A stretch of 64,000 nucleotides of DNA from Ignavibacteriota bacterium (GTDB taxonomy: Bacteria > Bacteroidota > Ignavibacteria > Palsa-1295): contig CAWBEI010000004.1 in the NCBI GenBank assembly GCA_963787835.1, forward strand, positions 64,001-128,000, given 5' to 3'. Positions 18,906 through 28,352 of this stretch are shown here, in pieces. The notes under the pieces are model-generated. The model worked only from the letters and a program-made list of their open reading frames with translations, did no database searches and was not told where the DNA came from. Each line of letters starts with the position of its first letter. The first letter of the stretch is position 1. Made by a program: the position numbers and the translations under genes.

Positions 18906-20681
18906 ATGAGGTCGATCATTTCAAGGTCTCTTTTACTTCCGGTGCTTGCGGCGGCTATCGTGCTTGGATTTTCGACGTGCGCGCATTGCCAGAGTTCGTG
19001 CCTAACGTTTGCAAGTACGAATACCATTATCCATTATTCCGTGGTCGATAATGCTGAGTATGATTTTACCATTGGTATTACAAACACCTCAAGCTCGCCA
19101 CTTGTTTTGACAGTTCCAGTTGTTCCTCTATCCGGTGATTCTGGTATTCTCATTTTGCCATCTTGGGATGGCGATCAAAGTGTAACATTGCTTCCTGGTC
19201 AGACTTGGGATCTCAGGATTGGCATATACTTCCAGTGTCCTCCGATTCGAGATGTTTACACGACGACGATTGCAATCCCTTCGGAAAGTGGGGCTCCTTG
19301 CAGTATTGATACGATCACTGTTTACATCGAGTTCCCAATCACCGATTCGATCACGGTGAGTGTACCTCCGGGCGCAAATACGATTACCATAGCACCTGAT
19401 ATGGCACGATCCAGACAAATCGTGAGTCTTCAAAATACCAGTTCGAATAGCATCTTCCTCGATTCAATTTCCATCGCGAATGCCTCGAACATTGCGTATT
19501 TTGGACAGCCAAGTGTGAAAACATTAGTTTACAACGACTCTCTTTTCGCGGGTCAGACGAACGACTTTGCGATTCTCACACTCATTCCCACCGATACCGG
19601 AGTGCAGAACGTGGAGCTTCGTCTGTTCTATAATGATACGGTGCAGACATTCACTATTCAGGATGATGTGTCGCACAATTCCTTGAATCAGTCACTCTTG
19701 TCTTCGCGCTCTACTACAATTATCAATATCTACCCACAGCAGAAACGAGATACTTCGTTATTTGTCATTAATACCTCCCCGGACACGATTACCGTTATTA
19801 AATTTATAATCTTCGGTGATTCCGAGCCAGGAGTGCCGTGGTCGATCGATACGAACAGCGGTCTCCCCTTGAGGCTTCCGGTCATACTTCCTCCAGCGCA
19901 GCACTTCGCTATCGAGATCAGTGCGGTGGATTCGGGTTGCGATCCGATCACGGGTACTCTGGGTATGGTTTATTCCTATCGGTGTGGCACGGATACGTTG
20001 ATGTACGCTTTGAGCGGGAGATTAAGTCCTGGAACCATCTGTACGCCGGCTGCGTGCATCTCCACCGTCCCAAGTTTAGATTTTGGGCAGTTTGCTGCGG
20101 GGGATTCTGTTACGCAGGTACTTACGCTTACTAATCAGACGAATGATACTGTTGGGGTGGGTCTGGTATTGAGAGGAAACGACGCTAATCGGTTTTCGAA
20201 TCCAACTCAAGTAAGAAATCCAGTTATCATTCCAGCGCATGGCAGCGTAGATATTAGTTTTACATTTACGATGCCAAGCGGTTCTTCTCAAAAGAATTAT
20301 TCTGCTGAACTAATCGGACTGGAATTATCCTCCAATCCATATTTCGTTTGCGATACTCTGATAGTGCCGTTTTCCGCCAGTCTGCTCATCCCTGCCGGAG
20401 TTTCAAACACAGCTACACCACCGTCCGTGGATTTTTCGCTCATTCCAAATCCGGCAAGTGGGGAAGTGACAGTCTTGTTACCAGAGAATGAAAACGCAAC
20501 GGTAGAGATCTACGATGTGCTTGGGAATGTGGTCTTGCAAAAAGTAATGTCGGGGCAATTCGTGTGGTCCGGAGAAACTTCGGAGGGCAAAGTGCCTTAT
20601 GGTATCTATTTTGTGCGAGTATCGGAGCGCACACTAAACGGTGTGGAAATTGTTTCAACGCAGCGGCTTGTGTTCCAGTGA
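18906..20681 (+). CDS. Secreted multi-Ig/ASH-like domain protein with T9SS sorting domain
   Basis: Signal peptide, LDFG...LTLTN Ig-like segments, and C-terminal PNPASGEV...IYDVLG...GIYFVRV. Confidence 0.8.
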   Translation: MRSIISRSLLLPVLAAAIVLGFSTCAHCQSSCLTFASTNTIIHYSVVDNAEYDFTIGITNTSSSPLVLTVPVVPLSGDSGILILPSWDGDQSVTLLPGQTWDLRIGIYFQCPPIRDVYTTTIAIPSESGAPCSIDTITVYIEFPITDSITVSVPPGANTITIAPDMARSRQIVSLQNTSSNSIFLDSISIANASNIAYFGQPSVKTLVYNDSLFAGQTNDFAILTLIPTDTGVQNVELRLFYNDTVQTFTIQDDVSHNSLNQSLLSSRSTTIINIYPQQKRDTSLFVINTSPDTITVIKFIIFGDSEPGVPWSIDTNSGLPLRLPVILPPAQHFAIEISAVDSGCDPITGTLGMVYSYRCGTDTLMYALSGRLSPGTICTPAACISTVPSLDFGQFAAGDSVTQVLTLTNQTNDTVGVGLVLRGNDANRFSNPTQVRNPVIIPAHGSVDISFTFTMPSGSSQKNYSAELIGLELSSNPYFVCDTLIVPFSASLLIPAGVSNTATPPSVDFSLIPNPASGEVTVLLPENENATVEIYDVLGNVVLQKVMSGQFVWSGETSEGKVPYGIYFVRVSERTLNGVEIVSTQRLVFQ

Positions 20682-20807
20682 TAAAAATGTGATATTGTAT
20701 ATTCTCCAGAAGCTGGCAACTATTTTCCACGTTACTCGTTAGACAATATCTGTAAGGAATTTCTGTGAAAAACCTGTCATCTTGAACCGAGTCTAAGGGT
20801 CTGAACA

Positions 20808-21749
20808 ATGCGTATGAAGCACCTACTTTTTCTTATTGTTGCCATTCTTATCGTTGCAGCACGTCCGGCGCTGGCGCAGGAACTCGATGCCCGCGTCGAT
20901 CTCAACCTGAGCGCACTCAGCGATCAGGACCGCCAGGCGTTCGCGAACTTCAAGCACGATGTTGAGCAATATCTCAACAGCAACAACTGGACCACCGATT
21001 TTACCGGCGACCGCATCAAGTGTTCCTTCCAGTTCAATATCGGAACCAATAACGGCGGCGATTATACCGGCCAGCTTTTCATCAACAGCACACGCCCGCT
21101 CTATAAAAGCTCCGAGCGCACCACGATGCTAAACCTGCTCGATGCGAATGTAGAGTTTACCTATTATCTCGGACAGGCGCTTCAGCACGGCAATACGTTC
21201 CGTCCGCTCGAAAGTTTGCTCGATTTTTACGCCTATCTGATCATCGCGCAGGATTACGATTCCTACAAGGATCAGGCGGGAACCATCTATTACCAGCAGG
21301 CGCAGACTACGGCCGTGGTCGCGAACTCCGCGCAGGGAACCGGATGGCAGGAAGATATGACGAGCATCGGAACGTTCTCTCGCGTGGGCTACATCAACGA
21401 TGCCATGAACGCCAATAACCGAGCCTTCCGAGACCTCATCTTTATGTACCACTACGACGGCCTCGATCTCCTCTCGACCAGCCCCGACACCGCCCGCATG
21501 GCCATTGGCGATGCCATCGACTCCTTGGTCACGCTGAAACACGAGTCCACAGCCGCGAGCCGCAGTGTGTTCCTCCGCGCATTCTTCGAGGCAAAATATC
21601 CCGAGCTTACCGATCTCTCCCGCCTGTTCCCCGATAATATGTCCATGTATTTCCAGAAATTGGAATACTTAGATCCCACCCACTCCCAATATTATCAGGA
21701 TGCCTATACCAAGATTCAGAATGCAGCGGCGAGCGGGGGAGGAAATTAG
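20808..21749 (+). CDS. DUF4835 family protein (T9SS-associated, PorD-like)
   Basis: AQELDARV...I.CS...S.RP.Y.S...L.DFYAY.I...DYDS...Y.YH..GLD. Confidence 0.82.
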   Translation: MRMKHLLFLIVAILIVAARPALAQELDARVDLNLSALSDQDRQAFANFKHDVEQYLNSNNWTTDFTGDRIKCSFQFNIGTNNGGDYTGQLFINSTRPLYKSSERTTMLNLLDANVEFTYYLGQALQHGNTFRPLESLLDFYAYLIIAQDYDSYKDQAGTIYYQQAQTTAVVANSAQGTGWQEDMTSIGTFSRVGYINDAMNANNRAFRDLIFMYHYDGLDLLSTSPDTARMAIGDAIDSLVTLKHESTAASRSVFLRAFFEAKYPELTDLSRLFPDNMSMYFQKLEYLDPTHSQYYQDAYTKIQNAAASGGGN

Positions 21750-22050
21750 ATTTCTTATCGAAATAGGTGCCATTTTTCTTTCTTGTGAGTTCCCGATATT
21801 TTATGGCTGACCCGCGAATTTGGGCTAATTTCGCCACTTGTTGCAACGAGTATTCATAAAAGTCCCTTCATACAGAACACGTTCATAACGAAAGCTACCG
21901 ACATGATTTTCAATGAGCCACTGAGCACCCATTCTTAATTATTACTTCTTACTTCGTAATTGATATAGGTGCCCATCAAAGTAAGTACTAATATACGCAC
22001 TAAAATTGGGGAAGTCAAGCGTTTCAAAAAGATTTGTCAAGATTTATTTT

Positions 22051-23135
22051 TCAAGAACTCTTCCATTGCCTTTCGGATGTTCGCCAAGGTTCGAGGCTGG
22101 AGCCCTGCTCGATAAGATTTGCAGCTTCAATTAAGCGTAACGAATGTAAGTCTTCATTTTCTATCGTGATACTTGTACCGTCTCTACGATTGACTCCAAA
22201 ACCATCCTCAATTGCTTTGGGCCTGTCGAGGCAACCAAAGAGCCATGCGAATTTCTCGGCCTCAGCGCCGAAGGCTTCCTGTACTCTTGGGCGGTAAACT
22301 TCAGATAAAGTTTCAATTGTGTACTTATTGGTGCCATAGATAGAATGAAGACCACCCCCAAGGCAAATGGACTCCTCACAACCCCACTGTTTAAGAAGGT
22401 CGTAGGTTCCGAGTAGGTGATCGATGAGATGGCGTCTGGAATGAACTTGATTATGAGCCCCAGCTTCTAATAGTGCTTGTTGCAATGATGATCTAGGTTT
22501 GTCTTCAACTACTTCGCCTTCTGCACGGGCTTTGAAAACGATAACAGTTCTGAGTTGAGGGCAGATACGAGAAACTGCACGGCCGACATGATACGAGTTT
22601 GAGGGAAATATTAGCAGACGCCCCCACTTTGGAAGAATCGCTCGAATGATCTCGCCAGATGGATTGAAAATGGTTGTCTCACCAGCCCAATTAGGATTCC
22701 AGCCCCTATTTATATAAATTATCGCCGTCATCTCATTAGGGTCATCAGAGTCCTGATGGATATAGCCATCATTGCCGTATGTATATGCATTGGAGTATGC
22801 GCGGATGGAACAGGATGATCCGGAAGAGCATGCGGTTGGAAGGATTCCCATAGCTTTAATACTGCTTCTGGTAGTTCGCTTCGAATGTCTTTGCGGTTAC
22901 GAGAATCCGCGCCAGTTTGAGAAAAGCCAAGATTCCAATGACTAAAAATTACTTGCTTATTCGATTTCCAACCGTAACGAAAGCCACTTTGACGGATGAC
23001 GCCAACAACTTCATCAATTAGGATCTCATTGATAAAATCATCGTAAACAGCAATTCCATTCTCGTCAGCCTTGATTGCAACTGAAGCATTCTCTGGTTGC
23101 CAATCGAGAGAAATTTCGTTAGTGTATTCGGGCAT
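22051..23135 (-). CDS. 2OG-Fe(II) oxygenase (prolyl-hydroxylase-like) fused to a DUF6817 HD-like domain; one-base frameshift near 22807
   Basis: Joining ORFs 22728-23135 and 22051-22851 gives GWKS..HWN...IRAYSNAYTYGNDGYIHQD (HxD)...WAGET...YHVGR...LRT, followed by HSRRHLIDHLLGTYDLL..WG...LHSIYGT. Confidence 0.82.
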
Positions 23136-24097
23136 TATTTTGTTAGCAAATGTTCCAATTCCTTACATTTTTGCTTTTTAGCCATGTCGAGTGGTGTTTG
23201 TCCGTCTCTTGTCTTAGCATTTCGATCCGCTCCATTTTGGAGTAAAATTCTGGCCATATCTAAATCGCAATATCTCGCCGCAAGCCAGAGGCCCCCCCCC
23301 CTATCGACTTCGAAGTTCGGCAAAGCTCCAGCATGAAGTAGGGTATTCATTATTTCGACATATCTTTCATGGCGTGATTTCTCTGTTGAATCACCAAACA
23401 TTCTAAGCTCTTCCAATTCCCCACCACGCTTAGATAGTTCATCTCCGTCTTTCCAAATTACCTCGCACAATATTGAGAAATTTGCTCTTCCAATAGAATT
23501 TGGATTGTCACCGTCTGTGAGAAGATTTGGATCAGCACCGTTCGAGAGAAGTAACGAGACCATCGCTGGGCTCCCAATATCTACAGCAATACAAAGTGGC
23601 GTCTGCTTGGCTATTGAGTCAGGAGTATTGGGATTAAGACCATGTTGTAGTAAAAATGCAGCTATTTCCAAATTGTTTCCTCGAACTGCTACATGAAGCA
23701 TTGTCTGCCCCTCATTATCTCTTTTTTGGATTGAAAAACCATGTTTATACAGAATAGCAAGCGATTGCCAGGAATTGTTAAAAGCTGCGATCTCCCCAAC
23801 AGATTCCATAGAGTTTCTGCCCGAGGTATCAAGAATATCGGCATGATGATCAAGAAGAAGATTAACCATTATCGTGTCGTCATGATCCACGGCAATCCAA
23901 AGCGGAGTGACACCGTTGTGATTGCGCTCATTAGGATCTGCTCCACTCGCTAAAAGCTCCTTTGCGCGTGGAAGATCATGTGTTCCGATAGCAAGTGCAA
24001 GGCTCGTGTCTTTATCGAGGTTTTGTTGCGAACGTGTGCAGCCGGACACAAAGGTTAAAAGGAATACAAGATACGCAAGTAATGTCAAACGAGACAT
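23135..24097 (-). CDS. Ankyrin-repeat lipoprotein
   Basis: Lipobox VSGC and multiple G.TPL..A...LL..GADPN repeats. Confidence 0.9.
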   Translation of the reverse strand: MSRLTLLAYLVFLLTFVSGCTRSQQNLDKDTSLALAIGTHDLPRAKELLASGADPNERNHNGVTPLWIAVDHDDTIMVNLLLDHHADILDTSGRNSMESVGEIAAFNNSWQSLAILYKHGFSIQKRDNEGQTMLHVAVRGNNLEIAAFLLQHGLNPNTPDSIAKQTPLCIAVDIGSPAMVSLLLSNGADPNLLTDGDNPNSIGRANFSILCEVIWKDGDELSKRGGELEELRMFGDSTEKSRHERYVEIMNTLLHAGALPNFEVDRGGGLWLAARYCDLDMARILLQNGADRNAKTRDGQTPLDMAKKQKCKELEHLLTK

Positions 24098-24132
24098 TGA
24101 ATAAGTTATAATGTTAGATAATAATGCAATAA

Positions 24133-25563
24133 TCAGTGTATTTTTAATGATTTAAGATAGTAAATCCACCCCTGTGCTTGACTTATTACATTTAGAACAT
24201 CAGCCACGCTGGGAGGCGGCAATAAAGTCCCATCATTCAACTCATCCTTAAGAGTTTTCATGTCATGTATAACAGTATTTAGCGAATTTATCCAAGCACT
24301 TATTTGTGCGTTATAATCTGATACTCCTTGAGGTGTGTTTGTATTGAAGTCATTCAGATCATTTTCAACTTCAGTATGTGTTAATAGTACAAGGATTGCA
24401 AGGATTGCATTAAATGCATCCATTAAAGTGTCATAAGTTGTATCTTGGGCACCAGCGAGTTTCGCAAAACTTGATAGAGTTTTGAATGCACCATTCATCA
24501 AATTCGTGGCTGCTTTGGCATTAGCAGCTTGAAGAAGTGCCAACTTCTGTTGCAAAGTTAGCAACCCTGGCGTACTGGTCGTGCCACTGCCTCCGCCTGT
24601 TGCAGTCCCAGGAAGTTGCGGAAGTTGAAAAGGTGTACCATCTATCGGAAAAATAGTTCTCCAATCTTTGTATGGGGTCTGATCTTGAGGACTTGGCGTC
24701 TGATCTTGATAACCTGCGTTTGGGCCGACAAGAATAGGAAGAGGATAGTCCCTAACAGGCAACGTTGGAGGTACGATATTTATATCTGTACCTTGATGGA
24801 GTGCACCAGTTGGGTCTAAATTGGGATCTCCTACTTGGCCTCCAATGCCACCGAAAGGATCACCACTTTGTCCTGTGATACCCCCCGATGGGTCCATGAA
24901 TTGACCTGTGATGCCTATCGGATCTCCACTTGATGGCGTAATAGTTCCGAATGGATCTCCCCATTGACCGGAAGTGAGGCCACTAAACGGATCGCCCCAC
25001 TGACCAGTGTTGATGCTGCTCAATGGATCGCTAAACTGGATTATCCCAATCGGATCCGTTCCAATGCTAGGACCTCCCCCAGCTGGATCCGCATTACCTC
25101 CTCCGGGATCGCCTCCTCCGGGGTCGCCTCCTACGGGGTCACCTCCTCCGGGGTCACCTCCTCCGGGGTCGCCTCCTCCGGGGCCACCTCCTCCGGGGCC
25201 ACCTCCTCCGGGGCCACCTCCTCCGGGGTTACCTCCTCCGGGGCCACCTCCTCCGGGGTTACCTCCTCCGGGGCCACCTCCTCCGGGGCCACCTCCTCCG
25301 GGGTTACCTCCTCCGGGGCCACCTCCTCCGGGGTTACCTCCTCCGGGGCCACCTCCTCCGGGGTTACCTCCTCCGGGGCCACCTCCTCCGGGGCCACCTC
25401 CTCCGGGGCCACCTCCTCCGGGGCCACCTCCTCCGGGGCCACCTCCTCCGGGGCCAATCAGTCCGCCTCTTACGTCACCGAAAAACCCATCACCCAACCC
25501 ATCGCCTACCCCATCAAAGCCGGGGAGCGTTCGACTATGTTGTAATTGTTTTGCGCTAGACAT
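24133..25563 (-). CDS. Gly/Pro-rich repeat protein: (PGGGX)24, GDPF-type repeats and a helical C-terminal domain
   Basis: 476-aa ORF co-oriented with its neighbours and preceded by a purine-rich GAAGGGA; no signal peptide. Confidence 0.75.
   Translation of the reverse strand: MSSAKQLQHSRTLPGFDGVGDGLGDGFFGDVRGGLIGPGGGGPGGGGPGGGGPGGGGPGGGGPGGGNPGGGGPGGGNPGGGGPGGGNPGGGGPGGGGPGGGNPGGGGPGGGNPGGGGPGGGGPGGGGPGGGDPGGGDPGGGDPVGGDPGGGDPGGGNADPAGGGPSIGTDPIGIIQFSDPLSSINTGQWGDPFSGLTSGQWGDPFGTITPSSGDPIGITGQFMDPSGGITGQSGDPFGGIGGQVGDPNLDPTGALHQGTDINIVPPTLPVRDYPLPILVGPNAGYQDQTPSPQDQTPYKDWRTIFPIDGTPFQLPQLPGTATGGGSGTTSTPGLLTLQQKLALLQAANAKAATNLMNGAFKTLSSFAKLAGAQDTTYDTLMDAFNAILAILVLLTHTEVENDLNDFNTNTPQGVSDYNAQISAWINSLNTVIHDMKTLKDELNDGTLLPPPSVADVLNVISQAQGWIYYLKSLKIH
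25093..25452. repeat. Tandem array of 24 x 15-bp units (NNNACCTCCTCCGGG)
   Basis: Counted directly. The variable codon encodes G, N or D on the minus strand. Confidence 0.95.
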
Positions 25564-25588
25564 GGTCAGTATCCCTTCACTGAATCAA

Positions 25589-26230
25589 TCACGGAAGCAC
25601 GATCCAATCCATTTCGAACATGCTATAATTACCGCTGCTATCAATTAAGCGCATAGCCATTGGGAAGCGGCCAGTTCGGAGCAAAGAAAGTGTCAACGCA
25701 CGTCCTGTGCCGCCATAGGATGATGCGCCGAAGGAGAAAACAGGCATTGTTCCCGTTCCGGCATTCTGGAAAATGCCGCTCGTGGTTGAATTGTCCCTGA
25801 AGCTGATCTCGACATCAGAGGATGATGTTGTCCCTCCGGTCCAATCTAAAAAGATGGTGTTAACAAATTGGGTTCCCGCTTTGAGGAAGATGATCTTCGA
25901 GACCGATAACGGCAGCAGCGCGTTCGGTACGGTCATCTGATGCAATCCGTTCCATGTCAACGCCTGCTCGATGGCATCGAAATCGTAACTATTGGTTGCT
26001 CCAACGGTGGCAACTAACGACGTGTTAACGATCATTGGTGGGTTCACCCACGTAGCGGCATGAAGAAAGGTACTGCTGCGCAGGAACACACCCGGTTGCG
26101 CAGCTCCTGCCGAATTTTGAAAAGTCGTGGAAGAAATGACCGCTCGTGGATCCATCGGCGTCATCACGACTAAATCGTTCCACGATTGCGGGCCTTGCGG
26201 CGTGTTATTTTTGGAATTATTACCGTTCAT
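25589..26230 (-). CDS. Hypothetical protein, probably beta-rich, no signal peptide
   Basis: 213-aa ORF, first gene of the island; family not recognised. Confidence 0.72.
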   Translation of the reverse strand: MNGNNSKNNTPQGPQSWNDLVVMTPMDPRAVISSTTFQNSAGAAQPGVFLRSSTFLHAATWVNPPMIVNTSLVATVGATNSYDFDAIEQALTWNGLHQMTVPNALLPLSVSKIIFLKAGTQFVNTIFLDWTGGTTSSSDVEISFRDNSTTSGIFQNAGTGTMPVFSFGASSYGGTGRALTLSLLRTGRFPMAMRLIDSSGNYSMFEMDWIVLP

Positions 26231-26376
26231 GGTTTTAAGACATTAAAAGTTCAAGAAAGTGACGAATTATCCTTCTTCAAACTAACGCCCCCCCCAGAGT
26301 TCCGATCTTAGTGTCGTAAGCATTAATATTTCTTTAACTAATCATTACGGCATTAGTTCTTAGCTTCTAAGGAAGC

Positions 26377-26453
26377 TTAATTCGGCATCAATCTCACCAG
26401 CAGCATTTCCATCAACAGTTCATCGCTGGCGTGTTTGCGGCGGGTGAGGGCTT
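26377..26453 (-). repeat. 77-bp direct repeat of the holA 3' end (26975-27051)
   Basis: Manual alignment gives 72/77 identical positions, including the stop codon. Confidence 0.95.
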
Positions 26454-26459
26454 TTTTTC

Positions 26460-26681
26460 TCAGGCCGCGCGTGCCATCGTGCCTACACCTTCGAGAGTAA
26501 TTCGCCCGAGTGTGCTCATGTCTCCGAATCGTTCGATCACATCCAGCACCTCGATGCCTGCAACCAGGCCGTCGGCGTCATAGTCAATAGCAATTCCTTC
26601 CGCGACGTGTTTTGTGGTAACCGTCGTTTCCTTAAAGATAATACTTAGGGCATCCACCGATGGATCGTATGCGATTCTCAT
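26460..26681 (-). CDS. DUF2283 family protein (putative antitoxin)
   Basis: MRIAYDPSVDALSI...IDYDADG.VAGIEVLD. Confidence 0.88.
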   Translation of the reverse strand: MRIAYDPSVDALSIIFKETTVTTKHVAEGIAIDYDADGLVAGIEVLDVIERFGDMSTLGRITLEGVGTMARAA

Positions 26682-26683
26682 AA

Positions 26684-26942
26684 TTAGAAATAATAAGTGT
26701 ACACGGTTACAACCGTAATAATGTCACCTTCTACAACAAAGATGGGCCGGACTTGTTTCGTTCCATAAAATGTGCCATTCCAGATTCTGTTGAACGGAAA
26801 ATCCTTGCGTACGTCGAGCCGGCTGCCACTCTGCATTCATAATGGCCTGTTCAACTTCTTCGGGCTCATAACCGCGAATGGGAAGGTAACTGCGCGCGTG
26901 ATCCGAGAGGATGATCTGTTCCCCGGCATAACTCTTATTCAT
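26684..26942 (-). pseudogene. DUF4258-like (RelE/BrnT-fold) putative toxin, frameshifted near 26810
   Basis: The N-terminus (LSDHA...RG...EEVEQAI) continues in another frame as RKDFPFNRIWNGTFYGTKQVRPIFVVEGDIITVVTVYTYYF*, which ends just before the DUF2283 start. Confidence 0.75.
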
Positions 26943-26974
26943 TCTATCCTTGATCTATCTTGATGATATTGCAC

Positions 26975-28036
26975 TTAACCCGGCATTAATCTCACCAGCA
27001 TCATTTCCATCAACAGTTCATCGCTGGCATGTTTGCGGCGGGTGAGGGCTTCGGTTTCGAGAATGGCGGCAATGGCGGCATCTAATCGGGCGCGTGAGTA
27101 TTTCCGTGCCTGCGCGATAATTTCTTTTGCAAAATAGGCTGCGCCGCCGCGAAGTTCCAGGGCATCGGCAATGGCGCGTTCGTTCTCGCCTTTTGCAGAA
27201 AGTTCTCGCGCAATAATAAGCTGTTCGATGAACCGCGAGAGCATGACGAACATAAATTGCTTTTGGTCGCTGCCCTGGTCGAGCATTTTCAGCGCAATAG
27301 TTACAGCCAGCGGCTTATTCGCTGCGCCGATCGCCTTGGTTAACTCGAACACATTATTCTCACGCGAGGCCCCAACCACTTGCTCTACATCTTTATCGGT
27401 CATATTTTTCCGTTCGGCGCCACAATAAATAATGAGCTTTTCCAGTTCGTTCGCAAGCCCACGAAGCGAAACACCAAGATAGTTCGTCATCAGCCTCGCA
27501 GCATCGGAGGAAAGCGATCGCCCGAGGGATTTCGCTCGCGCTGTTACCCAGGCAGAAGCCTCGCCCTCTTTCATCTCTGGAAATTCGATGACATAAGCTT
27601 TCTCCGCAAGTTCTTTAAATGGCGATTGATTGCGGGCTCCGAATTTATCGAGATCGAAGATCAAGATACAATCGGGATTAGGTTTTTCGAGATATTGAAG
27701 CAGGGGGTCTTCGCTCTGTCCGCCTTTTTTCTTACTTTTTGCAGCAACACCGGCAGGCTTCGCTCGTAGAATTCTTTCCGCCTCTCGGATGATAACAAGC
27801 CTGCGTTCGGCCATCATCGGGTAGGATCGGGCAAGTGCGATCACCTGATCCATGCTTGTTTCCGGCCCGTAAAGCACATCGCAATTGAAGGAGCGGATGG
27901 ATTCATCGGGCACGAAGATGTCCGGCGCGGCGTGCAAAAGCTCGCTGCGCAGGAAATCTTCCTCGCCGTGCAGCACCGTAACTGGTTTGGCGTTACCAGT
28001 TTTCCATTGTTTTAGGAGGTCATCCGAAGCAGCCAT
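26975..28036 (-). CDS. holA: DNA polymerase III subunit delta
   Basis: PVTVLHGEEDFL, FN.DVLYG, A.SYPMMAERRLVII, L.NELEKL and NVFEL. Confidence 0.93.
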   Translation of the reverse strand: MAASDDLLKQWKTGNAKPVTVLHGEEDFLRSELLHAAPDIFVPDESIRSFNCDVLYGPETSMDQVIALARSYPMMAERRLVIIREAERILRAKPAGVAAKSKKKGGQSEDPLLQYLEKPNPDCILIFDLDKFGARNQSPFKELAEKAYVIEFPEMKEGEASAWVTARAKSLGRSLSSDAARLMTNYLGVSLRGLANELEKLIIYCGAERKNMTDKDVEQVVGASRENNVFELTKAIGAANKPLAVTIALKMLDQGSDQKQFMFVMLSRFIEQLIIARELSAKGENERAIADALELRGGAAYFAKEIIAQARKYSRARLDAAIAAILETEALTRRKHASDELLMEMMLVRLMPG

Positions 28037-28352
28037 TGAATTTTATTCGTATTTTTGTAGGCACTCTGAAATGGAATCGGACCTCATAGAGTTCTCCCAT
28101 CGGTTCGCCGAATGGCATTGCCCGTGAGACATCCTCCCTCAAGGATTAATCTCGTTTTCATGCAGGAGCGCCAAAGTTTTATTAATTTCGCATTCGAATA
28201 CTGCGCGCTCGCTGTGGAAGAGTGAAAATTATGTAAAAATAATGGTAATTTTCAAGAAACATGGGGGCACAGGATCCGCTCGAAGAGAGTTTGATCATTT
28301 AAGATCCTAATGCTATTTCGAGAGAGGCACGCAGGCTTCCCAGGAGATAACA

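Noticed and set aside
21750-22030. AT-rich stretch with short minus-strand ORF fragments at the island's left edge
   Set aside because: All frames are interrupted and no family is recognisable. It may be a decayed gene but cannot be supported.
25093-25452. Possible CRISPR array
   Set aside because: The 15-bp units are contiguous with no unique spacers, and no cas genes are present in the window.
24964-25648. Plus-strand (PPPPG)n and (SSGAT)n ORFs and the minus-strand (PEEVA)n ORF across the 15-bp array
   Set aside because: These are shadow frames of a stop-free tandem repeat. Only the 24133-25563 frame extends well beyond the array and fits the operon.
28071-28127. 18-codon ORF (MESDLIEFSHRFAEWHCP) after a TATTTTTG motif upstream of the STAS gene
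   Set aside because: It is too short, with no supporting motif or attenuator structure that I could verify.
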